This document shows positions 40,042 through 49,111 of a DNA stretch of 64,000 nt, one piece after another (position 1 is the first letter of the stretch; each line of letters starts with the position of its first letter). Source of the DNA: an uncultured Verrucomicrobiae bacterium (lineage in GTDB: Bacteria; Verrucomicrobiota; Verrucomicrobiia; Limisphaerales; Palsa-1400); assembly GCA_963764165.1 (NCBI GenBank), contig CAVXRD010000002.1:2688001-2752000 (forward strand), in the 5' to 3' direction. Both the position numbers and the translations under genes were made by a program. The notes below the pieces were generated by a model. The model did no database searches and had not been told where the DNA came from. It saw only the letters and a list, made by a program, of their open reading frames with translations.

Positions 40042-40080
40042 AAGAACCTTCGCGCAGAGAAGATGAGTGCGCAGAGGAAC
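40038..40080 (-). repeat. CGCAGAG-type half site at the hsdM breakpoint
   Basis: 31 bp identical (inverted) to 36862-36892: GTTCCTCTGCGCACTCATCTTCTCTGCGCGA. Confidence 0.85.
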
Positions 40081-40120
40081 ACAAAAACAAATGCACACTT
40101 CGCCGAAAACAGTGGGGAAC

Positions 40121-40165
40121 GTGAAAGCCCACAAGAAATGGCCGATGCAGCCGATCATTCCATGA
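40121..40165 (+). pseudogene. hsdS: Second, more degenerate hsdS 3' fragment
   Basis: VKAHKKWPMQPIIP*; each deviation from LKAHKKGLMQQLFP is a single-nucleotide change; TGA overlaps the next ATG. Confidence 0.6.
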
Positions 40166-40677
40166 GCAAAAAGGTCATCGTCATCGCCGGGCCCAACGGC
40201 GCGGGAAAGACGACCTTTGCGCGCTCGTTCCTGCCGCAGGAGGCGCAGTGCCCCCGCTTCATCAATGCTGATTTGATTGCGGCGGGCCTTTCTCCTTTTG
40301 CGCCGGAAGCCTCCGCCATCAAAGCGGGCCGCGTCATGTTGGAAGAAATCGCCTCCTGCGCCCGGCGCGGTGAGAGCTTCGCGTTTGAAACGACCCTCTC
40401 CGGACGTGGCTATCTTGCCCATATCCGCCGCTGGCGTGCGGAGGGTTATCATGTCGGTCTGATTTTCCTGTCGTTGCCCCATGTCGATGCCGCTGTGGCC
40501 CGAGTCACCGCCCGAGTGCGGCAGGGAGGACATTTTATTGCGGAGGATGTCATTCGTCGCCGCTTTTTGGCTGGTCTGCGCAACTTTAACGCCTACAAAC
40601 TGGCGGTGAGCACTTGGGGCAAATATGATAATACGGGCAACAGCCCGATCCTTCTTGAATGGGGAGAAAACGCATGA
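40162..40677 (+). CDS. Zeta-toxin/AAA_33-like P-loop protein
   Basis: IAGPNGAGKTT, FINADLIA, FAFETTLSG, RVRQGGH, YDNTG. Confidence 0.88.
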   Translation: MSKKVIVIAGPNGAGKTTFARSFLPQEAQCPRFINADLIAAGLSPFAPEASAIKAGRVMLEEIASCARRGESFAFETTLSGRGYLAHIRRWRAEGYHVGLIFLSLPHVDAAVARVTARVRQGGHFIAEDVIRRRFLAGLRNFNAYKLAVSTWGKYDNTGNSPILLEWGENA

Positions 40678-40877
40678 AAACAAGAGATATCGCCGAAGCA
40701 AAAAGTCCTGACCTGCGGAACGCCCTAGCCGCCATGCGCCGCGCCGCCGAGATGGCCCGCCAAACCGCCATCCAGACCAACACGGGTATCATCATGGTGA
40801 AGGACGGAAAGATTGTTCACATTTCCGCCCAGGAACTCCGTGAAGCCGCCGCGAACGGCGCGGGAACCACGAAATGA
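40674..40877 (+). CDS. Small partner protein of the zeta-like ATPase (putative antitoxin)
   Basis: 67 aa, ATGA-coupled at both ends; ALAAMRRAAEMAR...IIMVKDGKIV. Confidence 0.7.
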   Translation: MKTRDIAEAKSPDLRNALAAMRRAAEMARQTAIQTNTGIIMVKDGKIVHISAQELREAAANGAGTTK

Positions 40878-41286
40878 CCGCTCAAAACCAACAACGCCTG
40901 GGCAAAATCCTGTGGAACATCGCCGACCAATTGCGCGGGGCGATGAACGCGGATGATTTCCGCGATTAAATGCTGGCTTTCCTCTTCCTGCGCTACCGCT
41001 GGGAACCGAAGGAGGACATGAGCGATGATGTCCGTTTCAAGAACTACGGTTTGGCGCCCAAGTCCGCCGCTGACATCGCTTTTCTCCTGCATGGCTTTCA
41101 CTTCTTGAAGGATCAGGGAGTCATGGCGACATATCCCGCTACATCAGCACGGCGACTGCGGAGCCGGAAATCGATCTCACCGAGACACACAACAAACTTG
41201 TCGCGATTGAAAAGACAATTTCCATCGCGACGGCGAAGCATAACAAGTTTCTTAAAGAGCTGGGTCTGCCCCCACTTCCGGGCTGA
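40874..41286 (+). pseudogene. hsdM: Second hsdM copy, collapsed by a nonsense codon and two internal deletions
   Basis: 5' end repeats 39372 onward (TAC>TAA at 40967), jumps to RWEPK...FKNYGLAPKSAAD.AFLLHG, then to the C-terminus ISRYISTA...KHNKFLKELGLPPLPG*. Confidence 0.88.
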
Positions 41287-41327
41287 CCCACAAACAAAGG
41301 CAGGTCGTCATTCCCCGTGGAGACCGT

Positions 41328-42110
41328 TTAATTCTGCGGGTGGAAGAGGCTTTTTACCTTTTGCGTGGCGGACTTTACGGCGGTTTTGCCTTCTGCCACC
41401 GCGTCTTTGCCGAGTTGCTTGGCATTGTTGGCGACGGCGAGGGCGGATTCGCTCAGAAGCGCGTGGATCATTCGCTGGCCGACTTCAACCGGCGATATTC
41501 CCTGCCCGCCGCTGCCGAGATCTGTCAAATGAATATCTGGCAGCGCGAGCGCGAGCGTGCGGTCGCCGGAGAGGGTGGAGCGGTATTGCAGCTTGGCGCC
41601 GGTAATGACGAGGTCGTCGACTTCCAATCGCTTTTCGGGCGCTTTCTTTTTTGGGGCGGCGGGGCTGCCGGGCGGCGCCGCGGAATTGGGGGCGGTCGAG
41701 GAGCTGCCGATGTATTCGTTCAAATTGTTTTCAATCTTGCGGAGATTGTTGTCCGTCAACCCGCCCTCAAGCGTGATCACGGGCGATTTCACCTTGATGC
41801 TCTCGATTACCATCTTGTCGGAGAAAAATGTGCCGGGCTTGAACTTCACCGTGACATCGCCGACGTCCATAGCCGAAGGCGTTTTGCAGCCCGGCGGATT
41901 GCCCAGCTCAAATCCTGTCAACTGAATGCGCCAGGCCATGAGCCAGACTTGCGCGCTCTTTAATTTGACGTCGGTCTTGGTCGCGGACGGCCCGATTTTC
42001 TCCACGCCGCGCTTGATGATCGTGCCGAGCGACAAGGCGGCCGCCAGGAAGGCAATCAAAAACACGAGGAGGAATCCGGCCAGCGATCTAACAATCCATT
42101 TTCGCTTCAT
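41328..42110 (-). CDS. AsmA-like membrane-anchored protein
   Basis: N-terminal TM, LGNPPG, VIESIKVKSPVITLE, LPDIHLTDLG; start at MKRKW. Confidence 0.7.
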   Translation of the reverse strand: MKRKWIVRSLAGFLLVFLIAFLAAALSLGTIIKRGVEKIGPSATKTDVKLKSAQVWLMAWRIQLTGFELGNPPGCKTPSAMDVGDVTVKFKPGTFFSDKMVIESIKVKSPVITLEGGLTDNNLRKIENNLNEYIGSSSTAPNSAAPPGSPAAPKKKAPEKRLEVDDLVITGAKLQYRSTLSGDRTLALALPDIHLTDLGSGGQGISPVEVGQRMIHALLSESALAVANNAKQLGKDAVAEGKTAVKSATQKVKSLFHPQN

Positions 42111-42714
42111 GATTTTTCCCTGTTTGAGCTTCCTGAAGGAGGTTTTCGTAATCCGCAGCCGTGTCAATGTCCGTAGCCGCCCCCGGAAATTCCAGCGCAT
42201 GGACGAATTCGCGGTGGCGCTCGATGATCCGCTTGGCGCCTTGCGATGCCGAGAGCGCCGCCAGTTCCGCGTGATATCTCTTGTCGAACCCGGCCGGAAC
42301 TCCGAGCGTTCCAGCATAAGCCGCGGCGGCAATTCCGCCGCGTTCCTCGCAGGCGCGCGCTAATTCCCGAAGAAAATCCGATGTGACGAATGGCTGGTCG
42401 CTTAACATCAGCAAAATTGTGTCTGGCGGATTCGTTGAGGACATCAGGCGTTGCGCGCCTGCCCTAATTGACGTGCCGATGCCCGCTCCCCAATCCACAT
42501 TGCGAACAATCGTGATCGGCAATCCCGCCAGTTCCCGCTCGATCCGCTGTCCATGCGCGCCGAGGACCACCGAAACCGGGCCGCACTGAGATTCCAAAGC
42601 GGTGCGAACGGCCCGCAGAATCAAGCTCGCGCCTTGAAACTCAAGCAGTTGCTTGGGCCGGCCGAGCCGCGAGGAAACGCCGGCCGCCAGGATGATTATG
42701 CCGGCAGAGCGCAT
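42088..42714 (-). CDS. mocA: Molybdenum cofactor cytidylyltransferase-like nucleotidyltransferase
   Basis: ILAAGVSSRLGRPKQLL, LSDQP, DIDT; in the Xdh operon. Confidence 0.88.
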   Translation of the reverse strand: MRSAGIIILAAGVSSRLGRPKQLLEFQGASLILRAVRTALESQCGPVSVVLGAHGQRIERELAGLPITIVRNVDWGAGIGTSIRAGAQRLMSSTNPPDTILLMLSDQPFVTSDFLRELARACEERGGIAAAAYAGTLGVPAGFDKRYHAELAALSASQGAKRIIERHREFVHALEFPGAATDIDTAADYENLLQEAQTGKNHEAKMDC

Positions 42715-43898
42715 GAGCGTGCTTCACTTGTGAGGCCGCGAATAAAGGAATGGAAACTGGAATCGCCCAAGGCCGCCCTGATCGCGCCCTTTTTTTGCCG
42801 GAGCTTCCCGCCGTCGCGGCCGGTGGACACCGCTTGAACTTCCGCCAGGATCGCCAGCGCAATCTGTTCCGGCGTTTCGGCGCCGATATCGAGGCCGATG
42901 GGATTATGCAGCGAAGGCAAATGCTCTTCGCGCAATTCAAATCCATCCTGTCTCAGCTCGGCGAGCATTCTCTCCGCGCGCTTCCGCGGCCCCATCAATC
43001 CAAGATACGGCAGGCGCAGGGGCAGAAGCATTTTGAGCCAGCCTTGATCGATCATGTAATTGTGCGTCATGATCACCGCCGCCGTCCGATAGTCAAATAT
43101 CGGAACAATCTCTTCTTCGCCGGGCCGTGCCACTATTACATTTTGCGCGAGCGGAAAACGCGCGGACGTTACGTAGTCAGGGCGCGCGTCGATGACTGTC
43201 ACACGAATTCCCAGTTCGTGCGCCAGGCGCGCGAGCGGCATCGCATCATGGCCGGCGCCAAGAATGATCAGATTGCGCTGGGGGCGAAATGTCTCGGCGA
43301 AGACACGGACCTTGCCACCGGGAAATTCGAGATCCCCGATTCCGCTGGGCTCGGTCGCCAAGGCAGATTCCGCGACAGCCGCCAACAAATCCGCAAATGG
43401 GCCGTCATTTAAATTTGTTGCGCGCCGTCCCGATTCATCAACGGCAACCCGGTCACCGAGTGTCAAACACACATCCCCCGAGGTTCCAACAACTGTGGCC
43501 GCAGCTCCGGTGTTGCGGCGTTGAAGCGCGCCTTCCAGAAAATCTAAAAAATGGCCGTCGTCTTGTTCGCCGCCGATCCGCGGCGGAAGGCACTCCAGCA
43601 GCAGTTCAACAATTCCATTGCACCCGACGCCCGAGCCAAACACAAGATCGCGATCCGATGACGTGTCGTAGGTCATCAGCGCCGCCTTTCCGTCGCGCAT
43701 CACCCTCATGGCGCGATCCACCACGTCCTGATCGAGGCAGCCGCCGCTGATGCAGCCGACGGTGCGGCCATCAGGCAGCACGAGCATGCGCGCCCCGGCG
43801 TGCCGATAACTGGAACCCGACGTCTGCACGATCGTGGCCAGCGCCATCGGCGACTGGCAATCCTTTGATGCGGCGAGGATGTCCAGCAGTTCTTTCAT
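42696..43898 (-). CDS. xdhC: XdhC/CoxI molybdoenzyme accessory protein
   Basis: GSSYRHAGARM, ISGGCL, GCNG, GAGHDA, MTHNY, PIGLDIGAETPEQIALAI; start at MKELL. Confidence 0.92.
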   Translation of the reverse strand: MKELLDILAASKDCQSPMALATIVQTSGSSYRHAGARMLVLPDGRTVGCISGGCLDQDVVDRAMRVMRDGKAALMTYDTSSDRDLVFGSGVGCNGIVELLLECLPPRIGGEQDDGHFLDFLEGALQRRNTGAAATVVGTSGDVCLTLGDRVAVDESGRRATNLNDGPFADLLAAVAESALATEPSGIGDLEFPGGKVRVFAETFRPQRNLIILGAGHDAMPLARLAHELGIRVTVIDARPDYVTSARFPLAQNVIVARPGEEEIVPIFDYRTAAVIMTHNYMIDQGWLKMLLPLRLPYLGLMGPRKRAERMLAELRQDGFELREEHLPSLHNPIGLDIGAETPEQIALAILAEVQAVSTGRDGGKLRQKKGAIRAALGDSSFHSFIRGLTSEARSCALPA

Positions 43899-46177
43899 AT
43901 CAATTTGTCGGGCGTGATGGGCAGTTCGCGAATGCGTTTCCCACTGGCGTGATAGATGGCGTTGCCAATGGCCGCCGCGATTCCCGTAATGCCAATCTCC
44001 CCAATGCCGCGCGCGCCCATGGTCGAAATATGCGGATCGGGCTTGTCGATGAATTGAACATCGATTTCCGGAATATCGGCATGAACCGGCACCAGGTAAT
44101 TGGCCAAATCGCGAGTGACAATGCGTCCGCGATTTGGGTCGTAAACCGTTTCCTCCATCAAGGCCATTCCCAAACCGAAAATCATGCCGCCCATGATCTG
44201 GTTCTTGGCCGTCTTCAAATTCAAAACTTTTCCGATGTCCATGACCGCCGCGCAATGCGTCACGCGCGCGGTTCCGAGCAGCGGGTCAAACAAGACGCGG
44301 ACAAATTGCGCTCCAAACGAATGGAAGTTGTAAGGCGAAGAATCGAAGTCGAGGTCGATATTTTCGCGTCCGGGGCTTTTTGGCTTCTCCTCTTTTTTTC
44401 CGGTTTCGCGGGTCGTCCCTTTGGTGGAAGCTTCGCCTTCAACGTATTCAATTTTCCCGCGGCCAAGGATTTCGGCCACCGCCGCACCCTTGGACTCGTC
44501 GTCTTTCACCGACCAGCGGCCATTCCGAAACACCAGATTTTCCGGAGGAATCCCCGCGAGCGGAGATTGCTTATTTGACACCGCCAGTTGCAATAGTTTT
44601 TCCCGCGCGGCAAGGGCCGCCTCCTTTACCGCCGGCCCCACGCTGGCTGCGGTTTGCGAACCGCCCGAGACAGGGCCTTTCGGCAACGCGGAATCGCCGA
44701 TCTTCACTGTCACGCGTTCGACGGGAAGCCCGAGCGCCTCGGCGGCAATTTGCGCCAGTATCGTGTAAGTGCCCGTGCCGATGTCCTGCGTGCAACTCAT
44801 GGCTTCGGCGTGGCCGTCCGCGAAAATGCGGACTTTCGCCGAGGCGGGCACGCGGTTGGCGGGATAAATGGCCGTTGCCATTCCGTAGCCAACGAACATC
44901 TCACCCTCGCGCATCGAGCGTGGTTCGGGCGGGCGCTTGCTCCAACCGATGGCTTCCGCGCCGCGCCGATAGCACTCGCGCAAATTCTTCGAGGACCACG
45001 GCTTCCCTTTTTGCGGGTCTTTCTCGGCGTAATTAATCAACCTCAGTTCGATCGGGTCGATCTTGAGTTGATAGGACAATTCATCAAGAGCGGTCTCGAG
45101 GGCAAATGTCCCCGTGGCCTCTCCGGGCGCGCGCATGGGGCCGGGCGTGCCGCGATTGACGCGTGTCAATTTGTGGGAAACGCGGAGATGGGGGCATTCG
45201 TAAAGCAATTGTGTGGCAAGGCCGGATGTTTCCACGAACTCGTCCACAAACGAAGTTTCCGTAAGCACCTGATGATCGATGGCCAGAAGTTTTCCGGCTG
45301 GCTCCGCCCCGAAGGCGACGGTTTGAACCGTGCGCGCGCGGCGTCCGTTGCAGGTGAACATTTGCCGGCGGTCCAAAACTAGTTTGACAGGCCGCCCAAG
45401 TTCGCGCGCGGCCATCGGGGCCAGAAATGAGTGCGCCCAGGTGAAGCCCTTGCAGCCGAATCCCCCGCCGACAAACAATGAAATCAATCGGACTTGCTCC
45501 GGCAAAATTCCGAACACCGCGGCAATGGCATCGCGACTTCCAATCACAGCTTGCGTGGAATCATAAATGGTCAATTTATCGCCCACCCAGGACGCAATGG
45601 TCGCGTGGGGTTCCATCGGATTGTGATGATAGACGGGCGTGGAATACGCTTGCTCAAATTGCGCGGGGGCCGATTTCATCGCCGCCTCGACGTCGCCGCG
45701 CGTGATTTGCAGCGGGCGGCCCATCGATTTCTGCGGCTCGTAGGCCTTGGTGGTGCGCCCGTCGAAATCCGTCACGCTGGGTTCCGCTGTGTACTCCACC
45801 TCGATCAGCGCCGCCGCGTGCTCGGCCTGCTCGAATGATTCGGCCACAACCATCGCGATGTGCTGCCCGTCGTAGAAAATTCGCCCGCTCTGCAGCGGCA
45901 GAAGCTCCTTCTCGCCAAGCTTGATGGGAGAATCGGCCGACTCGGGGGGCGATTTTAATTTCGGAGCGTTCTGCCATGTGTAAATTGCCAAAACGCCTCC
46001 GGCCGCCTGGGCTTTGCTGGTGTCGATTTTTTGAATCGTGCCGGAGCAAATCGTGCTTTGAATCGTGACGGCATAGGATAGGTTCTTGACCGGAAATTCC
46101 GCCGCGTAAAGCGCCCCTCCCGTTGTTTTAAGACGGCCGTCAATGCGATCCACCGGCTCTCCAATTAAGGTGCTCAT
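43895..46177 (-). CDS. paoC: Aldehyde oxidoreductase molybdopterin-binding subunit (YagR/PaoC type)
   Basis: HHNPMEPH, GGGFGCKG, MRAPGE, DIGTGT, GGSQ, GIGEIG. Confidence 0.88.
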   Translation of the reverse strand: MSTLIGEPVDRIDGRLKTTGGALYAAEFPVKNLSYAVTIQSTICSGTIQKIDTSKAQAAGGVLAIYTWQNAPKLKSPPESADSPIKLGEKELLPLQSGRIFYDGQHIAMVVAESFEQAEHAAALIEVEYTAEPSVTDFDGRTTKAYEPQKSMGRPLQITRGDVEAAMKSAPAQFEQAYSTPVYHHNPMEPHATIASWVGDKLTIYDSTQAVIGSRDAIAAVFGILPEQVRLISLFVGGGFGCKGFTWAHSFLAPMAARELGRPVKLVLDRRQMFTCNGRRARTVQTVAFGAEPAGKLLAIDHQVLTETSFVDEFVETSGLATQLLYECPHLRVSHKLTRVNRGTPGPMRAPGEATGTFALETALDELSYQLKIDPIELRLINYAEKDPQKGKPWSSKNLRECYRRGAEAIGWSKRPPEPRSMREGEMFVGYGMATAIYPANRVPASAKVRIFADGHAEAMSCTQDIGTGTYTILAQIAAEALGLPVERVTVKIGDSALPKGPVSGGSQTAASVGPAVKEAALAAREKLLQLAVSNKQSPLAGIPPENLVFRNGRWSVKDDESKGAAVAEILGRGKIEYVEGEASTKGTTRETGKKEEKPKSPGRENIDLDFDSSPYNFHSFGAQFVRVLFDPLLGTARVTHCAAVMDIGKVLNLKTAKNQIMGGMIFGLGMALMEETVYDPNRGRIVTRDLANYLVPVHADIPEIDVQFIDKPDPHISTMGARGIGEIGITGIAAAIGNAIYHASGKRIRELPITPDKLI

Positions 46178-47160
46178 GCCGCGTCTCCCGCCACGTGTGC
46201 CAGCGCGCGAACCAACGTTCGCTTGGCCAGTTCAATTTTGAAGCCGTTATGTGTTTGAGCTTTCGCAAATTTCACCGCTGCGTCTGCCGCCAAGTGAAAT
46301 GCCGCGTCATTAGGAGCCTTCCCTGCCAGAGCGTCTTCCGCGTCAAGCGAACGCCACGGCTTGGCGCCGACGCCGCCGAGCGCGATGCGCGCTGATTGAA
46401 TCTTGCCATCGCGGATATCCAAGGCCACAGCCGCCGAGGCGAGCGCAAATTCGTAAGACGCGCGGTCGCGGACTTTCAGATAATGCGAGCGCCGCGCAAA
46501 TTCCAGTGGCGGCAATGTCACGCCGAGGATGAGTTCGCCGGGCTGGAGTTCGGTTTCGATTTCCGGCGTATCTCCCGGGAGCTTATGAAATTCATGAAAG
46601 CGGATATCGCGCTTTTTGTCCGGCCCCGCGACGTGGATAGCTGCGTCCAGCGCCGCCATCGCCACGCACATGTCGGACGGATGAGTGGCAATGCACTTCT
46701 CGCTCGTGCCGAGCACCGCGTGGCCACGGTTAAAACCAGCGATGGCCGAACAACCCGAACCTGGCTTTCGCTTGTTGCAGGCGAAAGCAACGTCGTAAAA
46801 ATAAGGGCATCTCGTGCGCTGCATGAGGTTGCCGCCGAGGGTGGCCATATTGCGCAATTGAGGCGAAGCTCCGGACAGCAGCGCTTCCGACAAGACCGGG
46901 TAGCGTTTGGCAATTTCGGAATGGCAAGCCAGATCACTATTGCGCACCAGCGCGCCCACAAAAACGGAACCGTCCGCTTGAGTCTCGATGCCGCGCAGGC
47001 GGAGGGCGTTGATGTCAATGATACGGCTCGGCGCTTCCACCCCGAACTTCATCAGATCCAGCAAATTCGTTCCGCCGGCTATTAAGCGTGAAGAGCCGAC
47101 GGCAACCGCCTCGAAGGCGGCCTGTTCGTTTTGCGCCTGGATGAAGTCAAACGGACGCAT
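46174..47160 (-). CDS. paoB: Aldehyde oxidoreductase FAD subunit (YagS/PaoB type)
   Basis: [27 protein letters not shown]...[23 protein letters not shown]. Confidence 0.9.
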   Translation of the reverse strand: MRPFDFIQAQNEQAAFEAVAVGSSRLIAGGTNLLDLMKFGVEAPSRIIDINALRLRGIETQADGSVFVGALVRNSDLACHSEIAKRYPVLSEALLSGASPQLRNMATLGGNLMQRTRCPYFYDVAFACNKRKPGSGCSAIAGFNRGHAVLGTSEKCIATHPSDMCVAMAALDAAIHVAGPDKKRDIRFHEFHKLPGDTPEIETELQPGELILGVTLPPLEFARRSHYLKVRDRASYEFALASAAVALDIRDGKIQSARIALGGVGAKPWRSLDAEDALAGKAPNDAAFHLAADAAVKFAKAQTHNGFKIELAKRTLVRALAHVAGDAA

Positions 47161-47791
47161 GCGGATGAGAATCTGAACCGCCCTGGACTTCGCGAATGGC
47201 AGCGCGAATATTTTGATACGCGCCGCAGCGGCAGATATTCCCGCTCATCAGTTCCTTGATGTCCGCGTCCGAATGCGCCTTGCCCTCGCGCAGCAGCCCC
47301 ACCGCCGAACAAATTTGTCCCGGCGTGCAGTAGCCGCATTGGAACGCGTCATGTTTGATGAACGCCGCCTGCATCGGATGCAACTCTTCGCCCTTGGCCA
47401 GCCCCTCGACAGTCGTGACGGATGCGTGATGGCACATCGCCGCCAGGCGAAGGCAGGAGTTAATGCGCACGCCGTCCACCAGGACGGTGCAGGCGCCGCA
47501 TTGTCCGTGATCGCAGCCTTTCTTCGTGCCCGTCAAATGAAGATGCTCGCGCAAGGCGTCCAGCAGCGTCACCCGCGGATCAAGCGTGAGCTGCCGAGGA
47601 GCGCCGTTGACGGTGAGCGCGACTTGCATTTGGCGAGATCCCGCTTCGGCGCCCTGCGCGGCGGCATCGAACGCCATTCCATGGACGCCAAGCGCCACCA
47701 AGGTTCCGCCAATGGCGGTGTGGCCAATAAATTCCCGGCGGGTTAGTCCGCCGGGAGAGGATTGTTCGGGTGCTGGCTCGTCCGAATTCAT
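47147..47791 (-). CDS. paoA: Aldehyde oxidoreductase 2Fe-2S subunit with Tat signal (YagT/PaoA type)
   Basis: [37 protein letters not shown]. Confidence 0.92.
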   Translation of the reverse strand: MNSDEPAPEQSSPGGLTRREFIGHTAIGGTLVALGVHGMAFDAAAQGAEAGSRQMQVALTVNGAPRQLTLDPRVTLLDALREHLHLTGTKKGCDHGQCGACTVLVDGVRINSCLRLAAMCHHASVTTVEGLAKGEELHPMQAAFIKHDAFQCGYCTPGQICSAVGLLREGKAHSDADIKELMSGNICRCGAYQNIRAAIREVQGGSDSHPHASV

Positions 47792-47803
47792 TTTGAATCG
47801 GGC

Positions 47804-48241
47804 TTAGTGGGCGTATTTGCCCATGAGCGTGGCGTGCGCGACGACGTGGTCTTTCATCGCGGCCTCCACTTCCGTTCGTTTGACACCATGGGGCAGGGAG
47901 AGCGAAGAATCCAAGGCGAAGGCCTTGAAGAAATATCGGTGCTCGCCAGACGGCGGCTTCGGCCCGCCATATTCCGTGCTCCCAAAATCGTTGGTGCCGG
48001 GAACGGCGTTGGCGGGAACGTGCCGTTCGTCGATGTCGCGCGTGCAGGTGTCCATGTTGAACAGCACCCAGTGGGTGAAGGTTCCCTTCGGCGCATCAGG
48101 ATCGTCCACGATAAGAACAAGGCTGCGGGCTTCCGGCGGAACTTCGTTGATGTGAATCGGTGGAATCAGGTTATCCCCATACATTGTGTATTGGTCCGGA
48201 ATTTTTCCCCCATCTGTGAAAGCTTCACTCGTCAAGATCAT
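47804..48241 (-). CDS. YbhB/YbcL (PEBP-like) protein
   Basis: LTSEAF, DPDAP.GTFTHW, YGGPKPPSGEHRY; start at MILTS. Confidence 0.9.
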   Translation of the reverse strand: MILTSEAFTDGGKIPDQYTMYGDNLIPPIHINEVPPEARSLVLIVDDPDAPKGTFTHWVLFNMDTCTRDIDERHVPANAVPGTNDFGSTEYGGPKPPSGEHRYFFKAFALDSSLSLPHGVKRTEVEAAMKDHVVAHATLMGKYAH

Positions 48242-48256
48242 AATAATATAAACTAT

Positions 48257-48272
48257 AGCAAAGGAAGTGCCC
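48257..48272 (-). promoter_or_regulatory. Putative sigma54 promoter (ybhB-pao operon)
   Basis: GGGCACTTCCTTTGCT on the - strand, GG-N10-GC. Confidence 0.7.
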
Positions 48273-48382
48273 GCGCTGCTGCCCGGGAGGCGGCGGACGA
48301 ACTCAGAGCAAAATGCAATCATTTCATAAAACGCAGAGTGATTTGCAATTTGCGCCGCGTCCCGATGCCTCCGCGAAAAGCA

Positions 48383-48964
48383 TCAAGCGGCAGCCGGCTT
48401 GTGAATTCCTTCGGCCACTTCCTCGATGAGTTTCTGATTGAATGCAGGCAGGTCGCCGGGCTTTCGGCTCGTCACCAAACCGCAATCCACCACCACCTCT
48501 TTGTCCTCCCAATGCGCGCCGGCATTTTTCAGATCGGACTGGATGGATTCGTAGGATGTCACTGTTCTGCCGCGCACCACGCCAGCGTCGATGAGCGTCC
48601 ACGGCCCGTGGCATATCGCGCCCACGGGTTTGCCGTCTTTGAAAAAGGATCGGACAAAATCAAGGGCTTTCGGATTGCGCCGCAAATGATCGGGGTTCAT
48701 GACACCGCCGGGAAGAAGCAAGGCGTCGTATTTTTCGGGATTCGCCGTTTCGAGGGGGACATCGACCTTCACTTCCTGGCCCCAGTCGGCCATTTTCCAC
48801 GCTTTCACTTTATCTTTGGAGGGAGATATCACGTCGGTTTGGGCGCCCGCCTTTTGGAGGGCTTGCCGCGGCGAAATCAGTTCCTCTTCTTCAAAACCGT
48901 TGTCAACCAGAATGGCTACTTTCTTGCCGTTCAATGTGGATGCTGTTTCTCTTTTTGTATTCAT
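48383..48964 (-). CDS. pfpI: PfpI/YhbO-type DJ-1 family protein
   Basis: GFEEEEL, LPGGVMNPD, AICHGPW, LVTSRKPGDL. Confidence 0.92.
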   Translation of the reverse strand: MNTKRETASTLNGKKVAILVDNGFEEEELISPRQALQKAGAQTDVISPSKDKVKAWKMADWGQEVKVDVPLETANPEKYDALLLPGGVMNPDHLRRNPKALDFVRSFFKDGKPVGAICHGPWTLIDAGVVRGRTVTSYESIQSDLKNAGAHWEDKEVVVDCGLVTSRKPGDLPAFNQKLIEEVAEGIHKPAAA

Positions 48965-48980
48965 CGCAAGAAAGGTGTCT

Positions 48981-48996
48981 AGCTTTAGCCGTGCCA
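48981..48996 (-). promoter_or_regulatory. Putative sigma54 promoter (pfpI)
   Basis: TGGCACGGCTAAAGCT on the - strand. Confidence 0.7.
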
Positions 48997-49111
48997 GAAA
49001 TGCCCGCCGAGGATTCCGCATTTCTCGCAGGGCCGTCTCAGCACGGCGCCCGTTGCGCTTTTAAGGGGCAGCGAGTCTAGCGAAGCGGGTCGGCGGGCCG
49101 TACGTTGAGGT

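Noticed and set aside
39372..41286. Functional type I RM system or phase-variable hsdS shufflon
   Set aside because: No hsdR, no TRD-coding sequence and no recombinase; both hsdM copies are broken.
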